The translations under genes were made by a program, and so were the position numbers. DNA of 64,000 nucleotides. Origin: Squalus acanthias (taxonomy: Eukaryota). The notes beneath the pieces were generated by a model. That model did no database searches, was not told the DNA's origin, and saw only the letters and a program-made list of their open reading frames with translations. Of this stretch, positions 14,500 through 22,966 are shown piece after piece. Each line of letters starts with the position of its first letter. Within the stretch, counting starts at the first letter, position 1. Location of the stretch: contig CM059431.1 of assembly GCA_030390025.1 (NCBI GenBank), positions 124,436,001 to 124,500,000 of the forward strand, written 5' to 3'.

Positions 14500-15170
14500 G
14501 GGGGCGATTTTGGCCGAATACATTAGGCACTAAAGAGCCTCCGAAGTGGCCAAGATAGGGTCTTAAGCTGCAATGCGGTTTAGCCCGTGTTCAGCACAAG
14601 ACGCTAGCTTGGTAAAGAAGTTGAAATGCGCACTCGGAACAGTCACCCGGAGGATCGTTAAGGGGCTGATTGACAATTAAATTGCCTGCTAGCGCTCATT
14701 AAATAGGCTGAACGTCATTTTGGTGGGTATCGCTTCATTTAATGACCTCTCCTAACAGCGACCAGCTGAACAGGAGTAAACAATTCCTTGCCGAGGATTT
14801 CGAGCGCTACTTAAAGCCATGCTCAGATTTCAATGTTCACTTGCTGATTGAGATTGACTGACTACACTGCGTTTGAAGAGGACTTTTGAGACACATCAGG
14901 AGACTTTCTGGGTCACTTTGTCAAGACTTCACCAACACTCTATCAACATTTTTCTTGGATATTTTCTCAGGAATTCACCTAAAAAGAGTGAGTGCTGTGC
15001 TACTCTACATTATTAGACACGTTACAGGAGTCACCAGGAGAAAGAGAGTGCTTGATCATGGGCATCTTGCTATGGGTCCCCCTTGCTCTGCGTGAGGAAT
15101 TGGAGGAGGAGATGAGGGCAGGTAGAGCAGCACCAGCTGCTGCAGGAGAGAGGGACAGGAGAGCGAGGAG

Positions 15171-16892
15171 TGTAAGGGATTCCTGACCCTGCGTGTCTCG
15201 CAGCCTGTGAGATTCACGCGGCTCTGTGCAGCCTGTATGTCAGTGCGGGTCTAGGCCTGGTTGCCTGTTCTGGTCTCCAGCCAGTCTGGGAACACTAGAC
15301 ACACCTGTGAGTGGTTCGAATCACTCTCCCTTACGGTTCTAGACACTGGACTTAGATGCGAGAGCAGTAATGGAGATAAAACTCATGTAGACTTGGTTTG
15401 AATGGTACGAAATGGAAAATCTTTATTGCATGATACTTAAGATTATGAAATACATGTCATAAGCACAGATTAATGACAGTACAATCTTACAAACAGTTAT
15501 ATAGTCGATCTTAGGGAAACGAGGAACGAACGGCACAAAGTAAATAGGGGCACACATTACAAATATCCTTAATCCTTAAACCCTCCCCTATCAATATCTA
15601 TCCTAAACTAGCTTCGTAGGATCTCGAGACTCATGCTCACCACTCGTGATAACTCGGAGAAATTCCGAATAGCTGATCGGATGTTTTTCACCGCAGCACC
15701 CACGTGTCGGTCAGGAGATCTCCTGGTCCCACTTGTTTACTTGCTTCTGCTGCTCCGGCTAGTAGGCTGGACCGTCTGCTGTGATGAAGACCTGTGTTGG
15801 TTGGCTTAACAGGTACTCTTGGAGCACAGTTGTCAATATCATCGATACGATGTGTTTTCACGTTCCAATCTCCTTGGACACAGTCCCGTTATCGTCGATG
15901 CAATATGTTTTGTTAAAAGTTCAAAATAGAAATCTTCCTGGCGAGGAAAACTTGGCTGATCGACCTACAGGCGCGGTCGGGATTTACTGACCGTGGCGAT
16001 GGATATGGTCTTCCTCTCTTCTCCTCTCATCTCATCTCATCTCATCTCATCTCGGGCCTTTGGTTCCGCTGCCAGTTACCAACATAGGTCTTCGTTACGC
16101 GACACGAGGTAGATCCGAACGGATCAGAAAGTTCAACAGTCTTTTCAGAAGAGGCAACGGGCAAGCAGAAGCCCAACTACGAGTACACAGGAGCAGCCAC
16201 GAGGTTACGAATCGACCGGATAAAAGCACAGGAGCAAGCGAGCGAATGCAAGAGCAAGAGAGCGAATGGACGGTTTGGAGCCTGCAATTATAGTGCAAAA
16301 ATCTTCCGTTTCCCGCCCAACTATAATGTCCATTCTTTGTTTAGGGTTTGGCGCCCAAATGTCTTGTATGGGTGATCTCCGTTCTTAATGGGTTTCGGGG
16401 CTACTCATAAATGTCTGAGTACCTGTTAATATTTCTCCCATTGTTAAATCGGTCGGTGTTCTCCCTGGAGGGGTTTGGGGCTTCCAAGTGTCCTGTATAA
16501 CTACCTGCTAACGGCTCTCTCATCGTAGAGTCGTTGGGATTTTACATATTAATGTCTTTTGGATGGGCCCTTGAGTACTCGGTACAATGGCTTTCCTTTG
16601 TACCTGGGAGACCGATTCCAGTATCTATGTTTATACTGCAAACCCATAATGTCTCGTGTATTATCTTCACTGTGCTGAATCGTTATCGATCTTGCACAAA
16701 TGTTTAATGGAACGCCATCTTGTCTGCCTGTTGAAAAGTCTAGAATGTTGTGTCACGAGGTGCGGCGGCCATTTTACAGGCTGCTTGTGTCCAATTTAAA
16801 CCTGCCAGCATTCTGCTGAAATAAAAGCTGTTTGAACGAAACTTTGTGTTTTCTCCTTATTAATCAAATCGCGATATATTGCGAATTCTACA
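15171..16892 (-). repeat. 3' LTR (1722 bp)
   Basis: Direct repeat of 22967-24688 at a constant offset of 7796; TGTA...TACA termini; short ORF translations identical in both copies. Confidence 0.97.
15422..15427 (-). terminator. Putative LTR polyadenylation signal AATAAA
   Basis: GCAATAAAG on the minus strand, conserved in both solo LTRs. Confidence 0.6.
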
Positions 16893-16904
16893 GTCCCTCC
16901 TGTT
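16893..16904 (-). other. Polypurine tract
   Basis: AACAGGAGGGAC immediately precedes the 3' LTR start (TGTAG) on the minus strand. Confidence 0.65.
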
Positions 16905-17338
16905 GATGCGAATAACTCCGCTTATCGTATCAAAAATCACAGTGGTGAGCAATATTATCTCGATTTCTCTCCGAATCCAGTAAATTAATCCCATAATTTT
17001 TAACTTATCTAGGGTCTCGGTGTCGTCCTTATTTCCCAAGAAAATCACATTTTATATCACCGTAGGCATTATTTGCCCTTAAACTTACACCACTTGTTTT
17101 CCTTCCCGGCGTAACCAGGCCGATACCTCACGCATCACCTGTATATTTGTCTTTTATTCAGGGAAAGGAAAAAAAAAAACAAAACCTAAAACCAAACAAT
17201 CAACACCATCACCAAAATAATCAAACCCCAACTCTTAAAACATGTCGAGTTTCCAACGTATTTACAATCTCTGAAAATCTTATATGAGTACAAACTTCCG
17301 CGGCGCACGCGGCGAGCGGGAGTGACGCCATTTTCCGA

Positions 17339-19690
17339 TTACACGGTGCTCTCATCGTGCACGCGCACGTAACGTTCTCGCCACTCTCCCGTGTTTTCAT
17401 GCTTGGTGAGGCGTTTGTCTCTTTTACAATGTACGACCAATAGGTACACTACAATAAACACTTGGCATACGACTAAAATGTGGGAGGCTATTCTAATCCA
17501 TGAAGGCACTTCAATATTAGTGAACAGATTCCACCACGGTGGAACTACTATGTCCAGAATGTCTGTTCCTATTTCGACAGTTTTCTGCTCTAATGTATAA
17601 AAATGTTTCTGTGATACCGCGACGGCTTTCAGAAGTTTGGTTAAATGTTCAGGGAGAGGGGGAATGAGGTATCCAAAATGTGCGACAAATCGCTGCAAGT
17701 CGGTGAAATTCTCTTTTACTGTGAGATGAACAGTGGATGGTTCAGGGATTGGGATAATTCGCTGTTGTGCTACTTGAACTTCAGCCCTGGGTTTAAAACA
17801 GAAACTGCTGTCACTCACCGGACACCGGCTACGGTTTCCATGCTGGTAGTGTTGCGCTGCAGTGGTAACACAATATGTTCCACCCCCGATGTATGCTACC
17901 TGCGGAGGCACATGATCTTGTGCCATTGCCTCCATGGTGCAATTCATGGACTTGGCGCCAGCCGTTCTGAACCCGCACTGTGGTGTTAAAAAGGCATTCA
18001 AGTGCTGGGGGCACAGTATTATGTGTGCTCCCCTGCCACGACAACCAGAGAGATCTGTACCTGTCATCGTTTGCTCCCAGCGGATGACGTAAGGTGGAAC
18101 CGCTGCGTAACGAATGTGGGCTCCCCCCTGAATGACACCAATGTTCTCTACCCGATACACCGGGGCGGGCTTTGCTGTGTCGCCCAAAACCGGCATGCGT
18201 AATACTATTCCCATAATAGTATGGTTTGAACGTCCGCAGTCCACGGGGACTGGGTAAGCTTCTGAAGCTAGCCTGAGCTGGCACGGACTTAATGCGTTCT
18301 GAAAAGGGTGGAGCGCCCGTAGGTGTTTGTTACTTATCCAGGACGGAACCAAACCTTGTTTTAAATCCTCCAAATTACTGCGGCCCTCGCCCAGTAACCA
18401 CGCCCCGTAAAGCACGCACACCTCGTTCTGCGCAGCTTGATCGGATGCATTCCGATCTTCCCTGATCAGGGCATTTACCGTACGCGCATGTTTCTCCAGC
18501 TCTGCTATAATTTCCTTTAAATGGAGAGTCATGGCTTGGTCCTCGTGTAGACCTGACCCTACCACTTTATTCTCATCTGTTAGAATGTCTTTTAACTGTG
18601 TTTTTAAACCATTAATCTGGGTCTGCAGCTCCACACTGTCTAGAGCGTTGACCACAGATGTCCCTGTGTTAAAAGCAGTGAACGCATCGTTCACCAAACC
18701 CCTTCTTTGCCTCCCTACTTGATCCAAAACTTCCTGCGGTGCGGTGTACAAACTTGTCTTATCAATTTCTGCAAAATCAAACTCGTAAAATTGTCTGAAC
18801 ATCTTGGTCAACAGGACCTGATACAACTGTTCCGTCTTTTTGGGGCACCACTCTGGTAACCGTACCTCAGTGAGATTTAAAATCACCGAGGCCACCGCGT
18901 AATGTACCCCCTGAAATAGTATCTGGTCTGTGGGGACCAGTACCAAACCATTCCCGGGTCCCTTACTAGTTTTAGGGCACCCTTCTTCCTCAGCTAGAAC
19001 CACCGGAATCGTGGGCGGGGCTTTGCGTGGGCGCGTAATGAGCTCAGTGGCATTTACTGGGATCGGGGAGAATGGGGCTCCGCACCCCCTGGTGCTCGCA
19101 TCCCACCTCATCCCCTGTCCGTTATCCTGCCATTGATTAATAAAAAATATGGAGATGCCTTTGGGGCAAACGTACTTTGACCCCCACATACATACATAAA
19201 TCCCCTCATCCGGTTCCCACCATTTGTCCCAACAGACTTTCACTTGTCCGTCTGTCCCCGTAATTGTCCGATGGGTATTATTACCCAGTCGTTCCCACTC
19301 GACCGAAGAGTTTCTCATAGTTTTGCTCAGCTTTCGCAGCCACCAGCATCGGCTCAATGGGACCTTCCCACTACAAGTCAAACAAATCCGTTTGCCGACG
19401 GTGACGCTGATCCTGGGTGCGATGATCCTTACTTTGGGGCACAGTAAAGAAGTCTCTTGGTAGGCAAACCCCGATGTGCTGGAATACTCCGTTGAGTTCG
19501 TTCCCAGCCATCCTGGCCACCTTCCCTTGTGGAAATAGGTGCTGGTCCCCTCTGCCTTCCGTCTTCCGGTCCCATCCACCGCGATGGGGGCCGTGTCCCC
19601 GGAACATCCAAACACCACGACATCCTTGGTGCGGCCTCGATAGGCCAATCCACATCCGATTGCCACGAGCAATACTAGAATTCGTTCCAT
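17339..19690 (-). CDS. env: Envelope glycoprotein: Ig-like domain plus F-type class I fusion protein (~783 aa)
   Basis: Signal peptide MERILVLLVAIGCGLA from ATG 19690; furin site RQRR at 18701-18712; fusion peptide GLVNDAFTAF; heptad repeat; Cys-rich region; TM helix ILVVCQVFIVVYLLVV; short tail; uninterrupted frame. Confidence 0.9.
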   Translation of the reverse strand: MERILVLLVAIGCGLAYRGRTKDVVVFGCSGDTAPIAVDGTGRRKAEGTSTYFHKGRWPGWLGTNSTEYSSTSGFAYQETSLLCPKVRIIAPRISVTVGKRICLTCSGKVPLSRCWWLRKLSKTMRNSSVEWERLGNNTHRTITGTDGQVKVCWDKWWEPDEGIYVCMWGSKYVCPKGISIFFINQWQDNGQGMRWDASTRGCGAPFSPIPVNATELITRPRKAPPTIPVVLAEEEGCPKTSKGPGNGLVLVPTDQILFQGVHYAVASVILNLTEVRLPEWCPKKTEQLYQVLLTKMFRQFYEFDFAEIDKTSLYTAPQEVLDQVGRQRRGLVNDAFTAFNTGTSVVNALDSVELQTQINGLKTQLKDILTDENKVVGSGLHEDQAMTLHLKEIIAELEKHARTVNALIREDRNASDQAAQNEVCVLYGAWLLGEGRSNLEDLKQGLVPSWISNKHLRALHPFQNALSPCQLRLASEAYPVPVDCGRSNHTIMGIVLRMPVLGDTAKPAPVYRVENIGVIQGGAHIRYAAVPPYVIRWEQTMTGTDLSGCRGRGAHIILCPQHLNAFLTPQCGFRTAGAKSMNCTMEAMAQDHVPPQVAYIGGGTYCVTTAAQHYQHGNRSRCPVSDSSFCFKPRAEVQVAQQRIIPIPEPSTVHLTVKENFTDLQRFVAHFGYLIPPLPEHLTKLLKAVAVSQKHFYTLEQKTVEIGTDILDIVVPPWWNLFTNIEVPSWIRIASHILVVCQVFIVVYLLVVHCKRDKRLTKHENTGEWRERYVRVHDESTV

Positions 19691-19702
19691 CCTTCCTTGG
19701 TT

Positions 19703-19730
19703 CCTGTGATCAGATAGAATGAGGTAGCCA
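19703..19730 (-). promoter_or_regulatory. Putative env splice acceptor
   Basis: CTACCTCATTCTATCTGATCACAG|G lies 13 nt upstream of the env ATG. Confidence 0.55.
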
Positions 19731-19878
19731 GCCTCGCAAGAGTCTCTGGCTTTTGTGAAGGGTGAGCGGGTCCCCTGACCTCGCCTCACGTAAATTTCAA
19801 CGTTTGCTGAATAAACTTCCTCTAAACCTAACCTTAAAACTCCCATCATTTTATCGTTTTCTGTTAAAAACACTACAA

Positions 19879-19972
19879 ACTTAGCCTTATTAAAACTTAA
19901 AACTTAACCTTGAACTATAAACTTAAAACTTAACCTTGAACTATAAACTTAAAACTTAGAACTATAACTTTA
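19879..19972. repeat. Short AT-rich tandem repeats between ORF X and env
   Basis: Repeated AAACTTAAAACTTAACCTTGAACTAT-type units. Confidence 0.8.
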
Positions 19973-20001
19973 CAGTGCCGCCCGTTCTCAGGGCGGCCCC
20001 T

Positions 20002-21150
20002 TTAAACTCTGAGAAGGCTGCTGCGAGCTCTTCCCGACGGTGGGAGGGCACTGACCCTTCCCTCTGATCTGCCGCAGCCTGTTGCTGCGCTGACCCTTCC
20101 CTCTGATCTGCCGCAGCCTGTTACTGCTGCGATGTGGCCGGTCTGTACCCAGGTTATCTTAACCTGAAGTCTACGCCTTGGGGCAGTCTGGGGACATGAC
20201 CACATCCTCCTGGGCTGGGGTTCTCTACTTGACCTACGGGGAGTTGCTATGGGCGGGGGTTCCGTGACGGACGGACCGGGTTCCGAGACCTCCAACGGGA
20301 TGACCTGGGGTTCCATCACAGTCGCCGGCTCCGCCTCCGCTGACTCCGCCTCCCTAACCTCGGGGCTGGCAGTTCGTGGCTCCGCCCTGCTCGGCCCAGC
20401 AAGCGGCCCTTCACTCGTGATCTCTGCCTCCCCTGAGGACTGGACGTTCAAAGCGGGCGGCCACATCTCTGGGAGCCACATCGGTACTCTCTGTGCTCCT
20501 ATAGCGGCTGGCCCTGCCTCCTCTAGCTCCTCCCTCCTGTCCTCGGGACCTGCAGCTTGTGTGTCCACCCTGTGTGGATCTCTACCTATAGGCCCCATTC
20601 CCTCCAGACCGTTCCTCAGGAACCACCCGTCATCATCACTATGCTCATCTGCACTATCCTCATCTGACCAGGGTACCCTGGGTTCTTCCTCATCTAACCC
20701 CCAACTCCAGAAAAACGCTGCATGATCGTCCGGGATGTCCCTTCCCCTGATGCAAGCTGCTATGCCTGCCTGTGTGCCTTGTGGTCCTACCTGGGGCTGT
20801 GCTTTCCCATTGGCGGGATTTACCCCTGTAGTTTTCCCCTGCGCACCCGGCTGGTACAGTTTGCATTGGTTTACATCCTCATACTCCCGGCTTTTGGCTA
20901 CCCTGTAGGCTGCTTTTACCTCACTAAGCTGCGCTTCTAGCCTGAGCACGTCTAACTTTCCCATTGATCGGGCGTTCTCCTCCCGCAGGGCCTGCTCTCT
21001 AAGCTGCCCTTCCAGCCCATCTATTTTCCCTATTAAGCGGGCGTTCTCCTCCCGCAAGGCCTGCTCTTTTAACCTGGCCTCCTCACCGCAGACCCCCTCC
21101 TGTGCGTGTCTTTTAAAAGGACACAGGTAGGCAGGCTGCGTGGGCTCTAG
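20002..21150 (-). CDS. ORF X: unknown coiled-coil, acidic and Pro-rich protein in frame with gag (~382 aa)
   Basis: Open from directly after the gag TGA (LEPTQPAYLCPFKR...) to the stop at 20002-20004; no protease, RT or integrase motifs. Confidence 0.7.
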   Translation of the reverse strand, partial: LEPTQPAYLCPFKRHAQEGVCGEEARLKEQALREENARLIGKIDGLEGQLREQALREENARSMGKLDVLRLEAQLSEVKAAYRVAKSREYEDVNQCKLYQPGAQGKTTGVNPANGKAQPQVGPQGTQAGIAACIRGRDIPDDHAAFFWSWGLDEEEPRVPWSDEDSADEHSDDDGWFLRNGLEGMGPIGRDPHRVDTQAAGPEDRREELEEAGPAAIGAQRVPMWLPEMWPPALNVQSSGEAEITSEGPLAGPSRAEPRTASPEVREAESAEAEPATVMEPQVIPLEVSEPGPSVTEPPPIATPRRSSREPQPRRMWSCPQTAPRRRLQVKITWVQTGHIAAVTGCGRSEGRVSAATGCGRSEGRVSALPPSGRARSSLLRV

Positions 21151-21156
21151 TCATTG
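21083..21156 (-). promoter_or_regulatory. Putative stop-codon readthrough signal (CAA UGA CUAG plus 3' hairpin)
   Basis: TGA at 21153-21151 followed by CTAG; downstream complementary blocks CGCAG/CTGCG and CCTGTG/CACAGG. Confidence 0.7.
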
Positions 21157-22962
21157 GGTACTATTAGACGGTCCTGCGGCACCTACGGGGCCGGTTGCGA
21201 CCGCCACCTGTCCACGCCCATTCAAGTCTAGCTTGCGCATGGCTCCTAACACTGCTTCGAGGTCGTCGGGAGGGGTGGGTGCCTTGGCTTCCTTAGCCGG
21301 GACAGGCGCCTGGGCTCGGACCGCGGGATTTTTATCCTTGGAATCCTTCCAAGGGTTCCTGCAATGCTTGCGCCAGTGCCCTGTCTTTCCACACCCGTAA
21401 CAAGCATTACTTGCCTGTGGGGCGCGATTCCCCTCCTGATGCCACTCTCTTTGATACGGGGCTGCGGGTCGTACCTCATGTACTCTTCCCTTAAAGGGAC
21501 GTGTCGTCATACCCCTTATATTACGATAACCTAACGTGAGTCGATTCAAGACCGACTCTTCCGTAAGGTTGAGATCATTGGGATCGAACCATGCTTTTGC
21601 CTGCTCTCTAACGGCTGGTAAACTGTTGGCTATTATGCACCTAAGCTAATGAGTTAAAGCGGCGCCTTCCACATCTTCGCGCTCGGGCGCACCTAGACAG
21701 CTGCGCTCATATACTGGCCACAGCCTGTCGGCAAAAACCTTCGGGGGTTCTCCCTCCATCTGCACTGTCTGTCCCACTCTAGCAAACGGACCTCCGTCGT
21801 TCGCCCCCAACACTTCTAGGACCTCATTCTTTAATTCCTCATAACTCTTGTTTCCCCTCTTGCTCTCGCCTGAGAGACACTGAAGGACCGAGCTGTCTAA
21901 TGAGAACAGCAGCATTTTTGCTGTCTCCCCATCATCGCAGCCGTTAATGGCTGCGGCTTGCTCAACTTCTCTGAAATGTACGGAAGGGTCGTCTATCTCG
22001 GTCAGCTTCCGTACGTGATTTATCATAGCTCTCAGCTGATGTGAACTGTGAGGCAACACCAGCTGTCCGAGGAGATCCCCCGGTTCTTCCCCACCGTTTC
22101 TGCTTGGGCCCCTTTTAATACCCGTTACTGGATACAACGATCCCTTTTCTACTTTCTTTTCAATGGGCTCTTTTGTTTCTTCCATTGCTTCCTCCCTAAC
22201 CCAGGTTTCTGAATAGCTGGGTGGCGCGGAGGGCGCAGTGGCTACTACTTCTTCTGCTTTACTTGGTGGGGATTTTCTAAATCTCTCATTTACTAGCGGC
22301 TGGTGCGCCGACGGATTGATAAGGCACACCATGCCGTTCGCATTGTTCACGGCCTTTTTGAGGTTCTCTATCTCCCTTTGGCAGGCGCTATGGTCGGCTC
22401 CCTGAAACTTATCCTCAAGGGCCAACTTATATGCCGACCTAACCCCCATTAAGCTCTCTTCTTGAGTTCTTATCTGGGCAGCTTGGCGGTTACATCTTTC
22501 CTTTAACCTGCTCTCATTCAATTTTGCCTCAGTGACCTGGCACTCGAGATAATCTATCCTTGTCTTAAGGTGACTGGAGACTTCCTGGCTTTCCTGGTGT
22601 AACTCATTTAAATTCTTAATGAGCACCTCCCCTCCAGAAACCTTCTTCTCCATTTCTCCCTCTAAATGACTGATTCGAGCTACTAGCGCTGTAATGGTCT
22701 GGTTTGAAATCTGAACCTGCCTTTTGTAGCACATAAGCCAGACTGCTTTCTCAAGTGTCTTTTTATGTTCTTTACTATCTGTCCACCTTTCAGCTGCCTC
22801 TAGTGGGCTCTTATCCGCTAACAATTCACTTATCCATTTCTTAGTTAGATTAACCTTTCCAAACACATAATCCGCTATCTTTTCCTGCATAACATTTCGT
22901 ACAGTCATTCCAAAATCTAACACACTACCCTCTCGCTGCCAGTGTCCTGCCGCGGTCGCCAT
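21151..22962 (-). CDS. gag: Gag-like polyprotein (~603 codons) with one internal in-frame TAG at 21646-21648
   Basis: ATG 22962 (MATAAGHW); coiled coil; PSAPPSY at 22213-22233; helical capsid-like region; CYGCGKTGHWRKHC knuckle at 21361-21402; ORFs 21646-23013 and 21151-21549 share a frame. Confidence 0.88.
22944..22961 (-). other. Primer-binding site complementary to tRNA-Arg(UCG)
   Basis: TGGCGACCGCGGCAGGAC lies 5 nt after the 5' LTR and is complementary to ...GUCCUGCCGCGGUCG-CCA, the vertebrate tRNA-Arg-TCG 3' end as recalled. Confidence 0.85.
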
Positions 22963-22966
22963 TTTC

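Noticed and set aside
15781..16298. Short ORFs duplicated in both LTRs
   Set aside because: Duplicated only because the LTRs are; not preserved in the solo LTRs
19691..19873. N-terminal 61 aa of the 844-aa env ORF call
   Set aside because: Lies upstream of the signal-peptide Met and spans the putative splice acceptor; probably untranslated, though upstream ATGs cannot be excluded
20249..20725. 158-aa Ser/Gly-rich plus-strand ORF
   Set aside because: Antisense shadow of GC-rich ORF X
20002..21150. ORF X as a degraded pol or protease
   Set aside because: No D(T/S)G, YxDD, RNase H or HHCC/DDE motifs seen; only the first few residues might be a pol remnant
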